Source: Alphaproteobacteria bacterium
GTDB lineage: Bacteria > Pseudomonadota > Alphaproteobacteria > UBA828
DNA: 64,000 nucleotides
Direction of reading: 5' to 3'
NCBI GenBank assembly: GCA_965237415.1
Contig: CBDEFM010000001.1
Location: 160,001 to 224,000, forward strand
This document shows, in pieces, positions 32,422 through 41,222 of this stretch. Each line of letters opens with the position of its first letter. Position 1 is the first letter of the stretch. Made by a program: the position numbers and the translations under genes. The notes beneath the pieces are model-generated. The model was not told where the DNA came from and ran no database searches. It saw only the letters and a list, made by a program, of their open reading frames with translations.

Positions 32422-33137
32422 GACGGGTCTCCGAAGGCGAGCGTGACGCGCCGGTTGTGCCTGCCCTTGTTCTCGATCTTGCGGACGATGATCGGCCCGA
32501 TCTCGCCTGTCCGCGCCACATGGGTGCCGCCGCAGGGCTGCAGGTCGATCCCGTCCACATCGATCACCCTGACCCGGCCGTGGCCTGACGGCGGCTTGAC
32601 CCGCATCGTCTTCACCAGCTCCGGCTGCGCCGCGAGCGCCTCGTCGCTGATCCAGCGCGCCGCGACCGGCAAATCTCGCGCGATGAGCGCATTGAGCTCT
32701 TCCTGAACGGCCGCCTTCTCCAACTTGGTATCGACATCGAAGTCGAGGCGCCCCTTCTCTGCCGAGAGCTGCCCGCCCGTCACCGGCGCATCGACGACGG
32801 CGCTCAGCAGATGGAGGCACGTGTGCATGCGCATGTGGCGATAACGGCGCTCCCAGTCGAGCTCGGCAACGACGCGGCTTCCGGGCGCCGGCGGCGCGGA
32901 GCCGGGGTCGATCATATGGAGGATGTCGTCGGGGCCTTCGCCCTTGCGCGTGTCCTGCACTGCGAACACCGTGCCGTCGTCTGCTCGGAGGACCCCGGTA
33001 TCGCCGGGCTGGCCGCCGCCTTCGGGATAAAAGATCGTGCGGTCGAGCCGCACCGACCCGGGCTCTACCGCGCCGATGCGCGCCTCGCAGGTACGGGCGT
33101 AGGGCTCGGCGCGGAAGAGCAGCTCAGTCGGCGGCAT
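32418..33137 (-). CDS. Alanyl-tRNA editing protein (AlaX family)
   Basis: FYPEGGGQPGD, MRMHTCLHLL, QPCGGTHV. Confidence 0.93.
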   Translation of the reverse strand: MPPTELLFRAEPYARTCEARIGAVEPGSVRLDRTIFYPEGGGQPGDTGVLRADDGTVFAVQDTRKGEGPDDILHMIDPGSAPPAPGSRVVAELDWERRYRHMRMHTCLHLLSAVVDAPVTGGQLSAEKGRLDFDVDTKLEKAAVQEELNALIARDLPVAARWISDEALAAQPELVKTMRVKPPSGHGRVRVIDVDGIDLQPCGGTHVARTGEIGPIIVRKIENKGRHNRRVTLAFGDPS

Positions 33138-34146
33138 CGGGTGCGTCGTCGAGCCAGGGCGGCACCGGCAGGTCGCGCTCGCGCAGGAACGCCGCGTTGA
33201 AGAGCTTGCTGAAGTAGCGGGTTCCGTAGTCGCAGAGCACCGTGACGATGGTATGTCCGGGACCCATTTCCCTGGCCAGCCTGATCGCGCCGGCCACATT
33301 GATCCCGGTCGAGCCGCCCATGACGTGGCCTTCGTTCTGCGCCAGATCGAAGATCACGGGCAGCGCCTCTGCGTCCGGGATCTGGAACGGCACATCGATC
33401 CGCGCGTCTTCGAGGTTGGCCGTGATTCTGCCCTGGCCGATCCCTTCCGTGATCGAGCTGCCCTCCGCCTTGAGCTCGCCATGGGCGTAGTGGTTGTAGA
33501 GCGCCGCGCCCATCGGGTCGGCGAGGCCGATCACCACCGAGGGCTTCCGCTCCTTGAGCGCCATGCCGACCCCGGCGAGCGTGCCGCCGGTGCCGACCGC
33601 GCAGATGAAGCCGTCGATCTTGCCCCCGGTCTGCTCCCAGATCTCGGGCCCCGTCGTCTCGACATGGGCCTGGCGGTTGGCCACGTTGTCGAACTGGTTG
33701 GCCCAGACCGCGCCGTTCGGCTCCTTCTCGGCGAGCTCGTCGGCGAGCCGTCCCGAATACTTCACGTAGTTGTTGGGATCGCGATAGGGGACCGCCGGCA
33801 CCTCGATCAGCTCAGCACCGCAGAGCCGCAGCATGTCCTTCTTTTCCTGGCTCTGGGTTTCGGGAATTACGATCACCGAGCGGTAACCGAGGGCGTTGCC
33901 GACCAGCGCCAGCCCGATGCCGGTGTTGCCGGCGGTGCCCTCGACGATGGTCCCGCCGGGTTTCAGCACGCCCCGCCGCTCGGCATCGCGCACGATGAAG
34001 AGCGCGGCGCGGTCCTTGACCGAGCCGCCGGGGTTCAGGAACTCGCACTTGCCGAGGATCTCGCACCCGGTCGCCTCGGACGGGCCGTGGAGACGGATCA
34101 GCGGCGTGTTTCCGATCAGTTCGACAAAACCCGGTACGGCTGCCAT
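33124..34146 (-). CDS. cysK: Cysteine synthase A
   Basis: IGNTPL, NPGGSVKDR, GTAGNTG, GTGGT, EGIG. Confidence 0.93.
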   Translation of the reverse strand: MAAVPGFVELIGNTPLIRLHGPSEATGCEILGKCEFLNPGGSVKDRAALFIVRDAERRGVLKPGGTIVEGTAGNTGIGLALVGNALGYRSVIVIPETQSQEKKDMLRLCGAELIEVPAVPYRDPNNYVKYSGRLADELAEKEPNGAVWANQFDNVANRQAHVETTGPEIWEQTGGKIDGFICAVGTGGTLAGVGMALKERKPSVVIGLADPMGAALYNHYAHGELKAEGSSITEGIGQGRITANLEDARIDVPFQIPDAEALPVIFDLAQNEGHVMGGSTGINVAGAIRLAREMGPGHTIVTVLCDYGTRYFSKLFNAAFLRERDLPVPPWLDDAPDAAD

Positions 34147-34249
34147 GACGCCTCACGCCCCCGACGAAAGCGCCGCACCCTATCCCGGAATTCTCACCAA
34201 TGTCACGATCTCCATTGAGTGGGACGCAGGCATAACTTAATTTTGGTCC

Positions 34250-34313
34250 GGGATTCGCCGGGATTAAGTGGGATTAAGTGGGATAAGTGGGATTAAGTGG
34301 GATAAGTGGGATT
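34250..34313. repeat. Tandem array of GGGAT(T)AAGT, 9-10 bp units
   Basis: Five full units at 34260-34307 (10, 10, 9, 10, 9 bp) plus degenerate GGGATT units on both sides. Confidence 0.95.
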
Positions 34314-34325
34314 CCTCGGGACAGG

Positions 34326-34915
34326 GTAGCGCACGCCCGGGTCGCGCGAGCCTGAAAGGTCTCGCGCGCGGAATACGGTCGTGCGCGCGGCACATAGAAT
34401 CTCGCGCGACTCGCATGACGCCGAGCGCGCGGGATGGGGTCGTGCACGCCCGAAGGCGCGCACGCTCTTGCGTTGCATCGCGCGTTTATGCGCGCGTCTC
34501 GGCGCGCCGTGCATCGCACCATGGTCCGGGGTCGCGCGGGCCTGAAAGGTCCCGCGCGCGGACGCCCGGGTCGCGCGGGCCTCCCCGCCAGCGATCCCGC
34601 GCGCGGAGCCCCTAGTCGTGTGCGTTGAGCGGGCGCGCTGTCGCTAGCAAGTGTATTTGTCCGGTTTTCGTAGCACATCATATGTCCGCTTCTGTTGTTG
34701 CGGTTTGCCCTGTGGACAAGTGGTCAGGCGCGGCGCGGCTGTCCACTTGTCCACAGGGCGCCGGCCGGTCGCGTCGAAGCGTCTCACGCGGCCTGCCGGG
34801 TTGGGGTTTCGATGGGCTCGCCGTTGGCGGTGTAGCGGGCGCACGCCCGGGTCGCGCGGGCCTGAAAGGTCCCGCGCGCACGCCCCTAGGGTCGTGTGCG
34901 TTGAGCGGGCGCGCT
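34326..34915. repeat. Cluster of REP-like hairpins plus a 25-bp direct repeat
   Basis: GGGTCGCGCGRGCCTGAAAGGTCYCGCGCGC at about 34339, 34529 and 34849, with a loop variant at about 34568; GTCGTGTGCGTTGAGCGGGCGCGCT at 34615-34639 and 34891-34915. Confidence 0.85.
34639..34758. mobile_element. Isolated IS-end-like relic (TGT terminus, IS481/ISNCY-like)
   Basis: TGTCGCTAGCAAGT...TGTCCGGTTTTCGTAGCACATCATATGTCCGCTT with repeated TGTCCG, and a perfect 16-bp inverted repeat (34708-34723 / 34743-34758). Family assignment is from recall only. Confidence 0.55.
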
Positions 34916-34987
34916 TGTCCGCTGTGGGGTGCCCGGCTAGAGTGACGGCGTTCGATCCGGCCCTTCAGACTGTCGAGGCAGCCCACC

Positions 34988-35227
34988 ATGAGCGAACCCG
35001 TCGTCGCCCAGGCGGAACCCTACGAAACCGAGCTCGTTGCCGGGAAGAAGTACTTCTGGTGCGCCTGCGGGCTCAGCGCCACCCAGCCCTTCTGCGACGG
35101 CTCGCACAAGGTCACCGACATCCGCCCCATCATCTTCACCGCTGAGGAGAGCGAGACCGCTTGGCTCTGCGGCTGCAAGCGGACCGGGAGCAAGCCGCAC
35201 TGCGACGGCACGCACAACACGCTTTGA
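34988..35227 (+). CDS. CDGSH iron-sulfur domain protein
   Basis: Two motifs: WCACGLSATQPFCDGSH and LCGCKRTGSKPHCDGTH. Confidence 0.95.
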   Translation: MSEPVVAQAEPYETELVAGKKYFWCACGLSATQPFCDGSHKVTDIRPIIFTAEESETAWLCGCKRTGSKPHCDGTHNTL

Positions 35228-35238
35228 GCGTGCGCGAT

Positions 35239-35817
35239 ATGCGGCCTGCCGGCACTGGGCCTGCGCTTCGGGGCCGCGGTCTGGTGCGCTCGGGCGGGGC
35301 GCTCATCGTCGCGGCCTTGCTGGTCTCGCTTGCCGGCTGCAACCCGTTCGACGATCCGCCGCCCTGCCCCAGGGTCAGCATCCTGAAACAGACCCGCTTC
35401 CTCACCCTCTACGGCGAAGGGCCGGGGCGCGATGACGTGGACGTGGCGTTCGAGCTCGAGCTTCGCGACGTGGCATCGGATTGCGACCTCGATATGGACG
35501 ATGAGGCAGGAGGCGGCGTCGAGGTGACGTTCGCCCTCCCCATCTACGCGACCCGCGGGCCGGCGGCCGAGACCGATCGGCTGAGCGTGCCGTTCTTCGT
35601 GGCCCTCGCCGACCCGGGCCGGCAAATCGTCGCCAAGGAAATCTTCACGGCGGAGATCGCCTTCGACGCTGACGGCGCGAGCGCGCGGACGGTGGAGGAG
35701 ATCGAGCAGTGGATCCCCCTCGGGCCGGGAGAGATCGGGGCGGGATACGAGGCTCTCGTCGGCTTTCAGCTCACCCCCACCCAGCTCGAGGACACCCAGC
35801 GCAGCGAGACGCAGTAA
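35239..35817 (+). CDS. Hypothetical lipoprotein
   Basis: Hydrophobic stretch ending in LAGC; PPCPRVSI, RGPAA, YEALVGFQL; start uncertain. Confidence 0.7.
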   Translation: MRPAGTGPALRGRGLVRSGGALIVAALLVSLAGCNPFDDPPPCPRVSILKQTRFLTLYGEGPGRDDVDVAFELELRDVASDCDLDMDDEAGGGVEVTFALPIYATRGPAAETDRLSVPFFVALADPGRQIVAKEIFTAEIAFDADGASARTVEEIEQWIPLGPGEIGAGYEALVGFQLTPTQLEDTQRSETQ

Positions 35818-35877
35818 GCGCCCCGCCACGCAGTCGCCCTCCAGGGGCACGCAAATCGCCGAACAACGTGTTTGATC

Positions 35878-37329
35878 ATGACGGTACTCGTGGAAACCCG
35901 TGCCGATCTCACGCTCGAAGCCGCCCGGCGGGTGGCCTGGGAAGGCGAAGGGATCGAACTCGGCGCTCAGGCGCTCGCAGCTATGGCGCGGGGCCGGGAG
36001 CGCCTGGAGCGCATCCTCGAGCATGACCCCGAGGTCACGATCTATGGCGTGACGACGGGTCCGGGCCAGCTCGCGGGGAAGAAACTGACGCCCGAACAGC
36101 GCGAGCGCTGGGCCGGCATGTCACCGGCACGGATCGCGACATCGTGGGGCGATCCGCTGCCCGACCGGGTCGTCCGCGCCATCGTGCTGGCACGGCTCGC
36201 CAACTTCGTGGAAGGGCACGCCGCGGTATCGCCGGAGATCGCCCGGCGTGTCGCTGCCATGCTGGGCGAGGAAAAGATGCCCGTGGTCCCGACGAAGGGT
36301 CAGGGCGGCGCCGGCGAGATTCTGTCGTTGAGTCATTTGTTCACGGGCCTGGCGGAAGAGGCCAAGCCCGCGCTCAAGGACGTCATGTGCCTGGTCAACG
36401 GGTCGCCGTCGGCCACGGGCCTCGTCACCGATGCCGCGCTCGTCGCCGCCAATCGGCTCGACGTGGCGGCGCGGGTCTTCGCGCTCTCCTTCGAGGCCTT
36501 CAACGCGCCGCTTGACCACCTCGACCCAGCGCTTGGCGACTACTGGAACAACCCCCACGATCGTTGGGCGCTCGGGCGCCTTCGCGAACTGGTGGGAGAC
36601 GGCCACGGGGGCGAACGGCGCCCCTATCAGGCGCCCGTCAGCTATCGCATCCTTCCCCGGATGCTCGGCCAGGCCCGCCGCGCGGCGTCGCTCGCCGCCG
36701 AGGTCGCGGAGGAATCGCTCCAGGCCGTGACCGACAACCCGGTGTTGGTTGACGGCGTCGACGACGACCAACCCTTCGGCCGCTTCGTGACCAACGGCGG
36801 CTATCACAACCCTCACGCGGTGCTCGCCATGGACGCCGTGGCCGCCGCGTGGGCCAATCTCTGCGTCCTCGCCGAACGCCACGGTGCGAAGCTTCTGGAT
36901 GGCGCCGTCTCGTTGCTTCCCCATCAGCTGAACGCCCTGGACGCCGACGACGACGCCCCCCGCGCCTATCTGGGATGCTTGCCGATGGCCCAGACCGGCT
37001 ACGAGGAAGAAGCCCGCCTCTACGCCCAGACCACGGTCCTTCCCGGCAGCGAATCCGGCGGATTCGGCCAGAACGACGTGGCGAGCCCGGTCTTCCTGGC
37101 ATGGTCCAAGCAGGACCGCGCCGGCCGGTGCCTCGATATGGCGCTTGCCAGTCTCGTGCCGATTGCGCTGCGCGCCTTGGATGTGACTGACCGTCCCGTC
37201 CCGCCGGAATTGGCCGACCTCGAAGCCGTGGCCCAAGAATTTGTGCCCGATTCGGCGGAGGGCCGGGCTTTCGGCCCTCTGGTGGCCGCGATTGCGGGCG
37301 CCCTGCAGGGCGACATTTATCCATCCTGA
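35878..37329 (+). CDS. Aromatic amino acid lyase (HAL/PAL) family protein lacking the ASG MIO motif
   Basis: IYGVTTGPG, LVNGS, YQAPVSYR, VTDNP, NGGYH; the MIO loop reads KGQGGAGEILSLSH. Confidence 0.85.
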   Translation: MTVLVETRADLTLEAARRVAWEGEGIELGAQALAAMARGRERLERILEHDPEVTIYGVTTGPGQLAGKKLTPEQRERWAGMSPARIATSWGDPLPDRVVRAIVLARLANFVEGHAAVSPEIARRVAAMLGEEKMPVVPTKGQGGAGEILSLSHLFTGLAEEAKPALKDVMCLVNGSPSATGLVTDAALVAANRLDVAARVFALSFEAFNAPLDHLDPALGDYWNNPHDRWALGRLRELVGDGHGGERRPYQAPVSYRILPRMLGQARRAASLAAEVAEESLQAVTDNPVLVDGVDDDQPFGRFVTNGGYHNPHAVLAMDAVAAAWANLCVLAERHGAKLLDGAVSLLPHQLNALDADDDAPRAYLGCLPMAQTGYEEEARLYAQTTVLPGSESGGFGQNDVASPVFLAWSKQDRAGRCLDMALASLVPIALRALDVTDRPVPPELADLEAVAQEFVPDSAEGRAFGPLVAAIAGALQGDIYPS

Positions 37330-37419
37330 CGCGCTGCGATCGGTAGCGATCCGCTTGTCACGCTGGCCGGCGCTTCCTACCATGCGGGTGCAACCGCCCG
37401 GCGGAGAGGAGCGAGCGCT

Positions 37420-37860
37420 ATGACCAAGGCCCAATCGGCAGCTGCGGCGCGCCCGGACGAGCGGCAGCCGCCATTCACCCTTGTCAGGAAAGACGACCCG
37501 ACCTTCATGCCGGGGCGGCGCGACTTCCTGACCTACCGCGACCTCGGCATCACGGCGGCGAGCGGCGGGCGCATCCGCGCCCAGATCACCTCGGCCAAGG
37601 CCGGTCTCACGCAGCCGACGGGCTGGCACACGCACATTTGCGAGGGGCAGATCGTCTACATGCTGAGCGGCTGGATCGACCTCGTCTTCGAGGACCAGAC
37701 CATCCGCATCGAGGAAGGGGATTCGCTCTACATCCCTGGCGGGACGCCGCACAACGAGATCGCGACCTCGGACACGTTCGACCTGATCGAGATCTCCGTC
37801 CCCGCCGACATGGGCACGGAGCCCTGCGATCCGCCGCCAGGGCGGCGCGGCGAGGCTTAG
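37420..37860 (+). CDS. Cupin domain protein
   Basis: TGWHTHICEGQ, GDSLYIPGGTPHNE. Confidence 0.9.
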   Translation: MTKAQSAAAARPDERQPPFTLVRKDDPTFMPGRRDFLTYRDLGITAASGGRIRAQITSAKAGLTQPTGWHTHICEGQIVYMLSGWIDLVFEDQTIRIEEGDSLYIPGGTPHNEIATSDTFDLIEISVPADMGTEPCDPPPGRRGEA

Positions 37861-37879
37861 CGCTCCGCACCAGCGCCGC

Positions 37880-39526
37880 TTAAGTGGCGGTCAGCGAGAA
37901 CCCCTCGTAGCCGTTGGCGACGACCGCGTCGCACTTCTCGATATAGGTAGGGAAGCCCCCGGTGTAGGGCGTCACCTTGCGCGGCTTGCCGGGAACGTTG
38001 GCGCCGACATACCACGAGTTGCAGGAGGGGAAGAGCGTCTCGGCCGCGACCTCCTCATGGTGGGCCATCCAGCCGTCCTCCGCCTCGCGCGTGGCTTCGA
38101 TGCGCGGGCGCCCGCAGGCGCGGGCGTTGGCGATGCAGTCGGCGATCCACTCGACGTGTTGCTCGATGGCGGGAACCATGTTGGTGAGCACCGAAGGGCT
38201 GGACGGCCCTGTAATGGTGAACAGGTTGGGGAAGCCCTCGACCAAGAGGCCGAGATAGGTGCGCGGGCCATCGGCCCACTTCGCCTTCAGCGTCCGCCCG
38301 CCGGCGCCACGAATGTCGACCCTGAGCAAGGGCCCGGTCATCGCGTCGTAGCCGATGGCGAAGACGATCGTATCCAGCTCGTATTCCCTGCCGTCGGTGC
38401 GAAGGCCCGCGCAAGTGATCTCCTCGACCGGCGCGTCGCTGATGTCGACCAATGTCACATTGGGCCGGTTGAAGGTCGCGAAGTAGTCGGTATCGAGGCA
38501 GATTCGCTTGCAGCCGACGAAGGAGTGAGGGGAGAGCAGCGCCGCCACCTGCGGGTCGTGCACCAGCCCGCGGATTTTTTCGCGGATGAAGGCCGCTGCG
38601 ATATCGTTGGCCTCGTCATTCATCAGTACGTCCTTGAAGACGCTGTACATGCAAAGCCCCCCCGTCTCCCACCGGGCTTCCAGCTCGCGCCGACGCGCCG
38701 ACGGGCTCATCTCGTCGGCGGTCGCCGGGTTCACATGCCACCAGCAGCCTGTCGGCGTCTGCTTGGCCTGCTGCCTGAGCTCCCCGTACTGCGCCCTGAT
38801 GTCGGCGTATATCGCCGCGTCCAGCGGGGCGTTGCGGGCGGGGACGGTGTAGTTCGCCTGGCGCTGGAAGACAGTGAGGTGACCCGCCTCTGCCGCAATC
38901 AGCGGGATCGACTGGATGGCGGACGATCCCGTGCCGACGATGCCGACCCGTTTGCCGGCGAAGGAGACCCCCTCATGGGGCCAGGCGCCGGTGTGGTACC
39001 ACTCGCCGGCGAAACGGTCCAAGCCGTCGAATTCCGGCCGGTTGACGGCAGAGAGGCACCCGGTGGCCATGATGCAATAGGTGGCGGAGAGCCTGGCGCC
39101 GTCATCGGTCGCGATCCGCCAGCATCCCGCCGCCTCGTCGAAGGCCGCTTCGGTGACGGTCGTCCCGAACCGGATATCGCGGCGGAGGTCGAAGCGGTCC
39201 GCCACATGCTCCAGGTAGCGCAGGATCTCCGGCTGCGTGGCGAAGCGCTCGGTCCAGCGCCACTCCTGCTGGAGCGCGTCGGAGAACTGATACGAGTACT
39301 CGACGCTGTCGGTATCGCAGCGGGCGCCGGGGTAGCGGTTCCAGTACCAGGTGCCGCCGACCCCGCTTCCCCTCTCGAAGACGCGGACGGAGAGGCCCAT
39401 ATCGCGCAGCCGATGGAGCATGTAGAGGCCGGCGAATCCCGAACCGACGACGACCGCGTCGACATCCGGCGCATCCCCGGAATGCCGACGGTGCTCGGCG
39501 TTCTCTCGTGTCGACGGTGTGGCCAT
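37880..39526 (-). CDS. Baeyer-Villiger monooxygenase (cyclohexanone monooxygenase-like)
   Basis: GSGFAG, GGTWYWNRYPGARCD, FAGEWYHTGAWP fingerprint, GTGSSA. Confidence 0.95.
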   Translation of the reverse strand: MATPSTRENAEHRRHSGDAPDVDAVVVGSGFAGLYMLHRLRDMGLSVRVFERGSGVGGTWYWNRYPGARCDTDSVEYSYQFSDALQQEWRWTERFATQPEILRYLEHVADRFDLRRDIRFGTTVTEAAFDEAAGCWRIATDDGARLSATYCIMATGCLSAVNRPEFDGLDRFAGEWYHTGAWPHEGVSFAGKRVGIVGTGSSAIQSIPLIAAEAGHLTVFQRQANYTVPARNAPLDAAIYADIRAQYGELRQQAKQTPTGCWWHVNPATADEMSPSARRRELEARWETGGLCMYSVFKDVLMNDEANDIAAAFIREKIRGLVHDPQVAALLSPHSFVGCKRICLDTDYFATFNRPNVTLVDISDAPVEEITCAGLRTDGREYELDTIVFAIGYDAMTGPLLRVDIRGAGGRTLKAKWADGPRTYLGLLVEGFPNLFTITGPSSPSVLTNMVPAIEQHVEWIADCIANARACGRPRIEATREAEDGWMAHHEEVAAETLFPSCNSWYVGANVPGKPRKVTPYTGGFPTYIEKCDAVVANGYEGFSLTAT

Positions 39527-39581
39527 GGTCGCTCGCGCGTTGCCTGCGGCGATGGAGTCTAGCCCGAACGTCTCACCGCGG

Positions 39582-40493
39582 TCACGCGGCGTCTAGCATG
39601 AGCGCCGCGGCGCCCACCACGCCCGCGTCGTTGCCGAGCGCCGCCTTGACCACGCGGATCGCGCCGGTCGGCGCGAGCACGGCACGCGCGATGGCGCGCT
39701 CGGCGGCCTCGCGATAGAGCGCGAAGTGCCGCTCGCCGATGCCGCCACCGATCAGGAGAACCTCGGGCAGGAACGTGTGGATGAGGCTCCAGACCGCCGT
39801 CTCCATCGCATCCGCGCTGCGGGCGACGATCGCCTGGGCCGGCTCCGCGCCGGCCTCGGCCGCGGCGAAGACGGCCTCGGCATCCGCATAGCCGAACTCT
39901 GCACCCGCCCGCGCGAGCGCCGGCCCTGCGGCGAACGCCTCGAGGCAGCCCCGGCTTCCGCAGTAACAGGCCGGGCCGGCCGGATCGACGATCAGATGGC
40001 CGATCTCGGGATGTTCGCCCGCGGCGCCCCGCAGGATCGCGCCATCGATCAGCGCCGCGCCGCCGATGCCGGTGCCGATGGTCAGCATGACGGCGATGCG
40101 CACGCCGCGGGCAGCGCCGGACAGCGCCTCGCCGAGGAGCGCCGCATCGGCGTCGTTGACGAGGCGCACCGGCGTGCCGAAGCGGGCAACGAGGGGACTC
40201 ACGATATCGTTCCCCTCCCAACCGGGGAGCGTGTAGAAGTTCTCGATGCGCCCGCTCGCTTCGTCGAAGGGGCCGGGGCAGCCGAGCCCGATGCCCGCGA
40301 GCGCCGTTGGGTCTACGCCGGCCTCGGCCATCGTCTCGTCGATGGCGCGGGCCAGCCGCGTGAGCCCCGCATCGAAGCCCGCCTCGACGTCCGTTGCTAT
40401 GGTCCGCCGCGCCTGAACCGCGCCTGCCGCATCGATCGCGCCGACCGCGATCTTGGTGCCGCCGATATCGACTCCGAGAGCGAAGCGGCTCAT
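39582..40493 (-). CDS. ROK-family sugar kinase
   Basis: GVDIGGTK, NDADAA, TIGTGIGG, EIGH, CYCGSRGCLE. Confidence 0.93.
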   Translation of the reverse strand: MSRFALGVDIGGTKIAVGAIDAAGAVQARRTIATDVEAGFDAGLTRLARAIDETMAEAGVDPTALAGIGLGCPGPFDEASGRIENFYTLPGWEGNDIVSPLVARFGTPVRLVNDADAALLGEALSGAARGVRIAVMLTIGTGIGGAALIDGAILRGAAGEHPEIGHLIVDPAGPACYCGSRGCLEAFAAGPALARAGAEFGYADAEAVFAAAEAGAEPAQAIVARSADAMETAVWSLIHTFLPEVLLIGGGIGERHFALYREAAERAIARAVLAPTGAIRVVKAALGNDAGVVGAAALMLDAA

Positions 40494-41218
40494 GGCTCGG
40501 CGTCACCGAGTCCGCTGCCCGCCGCCGCATCCTCATCGCAGAGGCAGACGGCGTCTCCGTACAACCATAGAAAGGACGCCGGCAGCACCGGCGTGACGCG
40601 CCGGTCCGCGAGCCGCGCCATCGGCTCCTGCTTGGCCGCGCCCGAGACCATGAGCAGGATCCGGCGCGAACGGAGAATATCGCCGAGGCCGAGCGTCAGC
40701 CCCTGGCGGACCGAGGCCGTCGTTTCCGCCAGCATGGGGTGGCCGCGCGATTGCTCGGCGAGTGTCGCGACATGACAGGAGGGTTCGAAGCTCTCGGCCG
40801 GCTCGTTGAGCCCGAGATGCCCGTTCCGTCCTAGTCCGAGGATGCAGAGGTCGATCGGCCCGGCCGCCGCCAGCGCCGTCTCCACCCGCCGGCACTCGGC
40901 GGCCGCATCCGGCGCATCGCCGCGAAAGCCGATCCAGCGCTCCGGCGGCACCGCGAGGGGGCTCCGCACCGTGCGCTCCAGGTAGGCGGCGCAGCTCGCG
41001 GGGGCGTCGGCGCCGAGGCCCGCCCACTCGTCGAGCTGAATGAAGCGCGCGCTCGCGAGCCGCTCCGGCGCCGCGGCAAGCAGCCCGTAGGTGCCGGTCG
41101 GCGTATCCCCGCTTGCGAGGCAGATCAGGAGATCGGGCTTCGCGCCAGCCGCCGCCCAGATAAGCGCTGCCGCCTCTCGATCCAGCGCCTCCCGATCGGG
41201 CAAAATCGCAAAGTGCAC
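40490..41218 (-). CDS. Glucosamine/galactosamine-6-phosphate deaminase/isomerase family
   Basis: LASGDTP, QLDEW, LGLGRNGHLGLNEP; GTG at 41218 chosen as start. Confidence 0.88.
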   Translation of the reverse strand: MHFAILPDREALDREAAALIWAAAGAKPDLLICLASGDTPTGTYGLLAAAPERLASARFIQLDEWAGLGADAPASCAAYLERTVRSPLAVPPERWIGFRGDAPDAAAECRRVETALAAAGPIDLCILGLGRNGHLGLNEPAESFEPSCHVATLAEQSRGHPMLAETTASVRQGLTLGLGDILRSRRILLMVSGAAKQEPMARLADRRVTPVLPASFLWLYGDAVCLCDEDAAAGSGLGDAEP

Positions 41219-41222
41219 TTGC

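Noticed and set aside
34250-34915. CRISPR array
   Set aside because: Repeats are either spacer-less tandem units or hairpins with very irregular spacing; no cas genes in the window.
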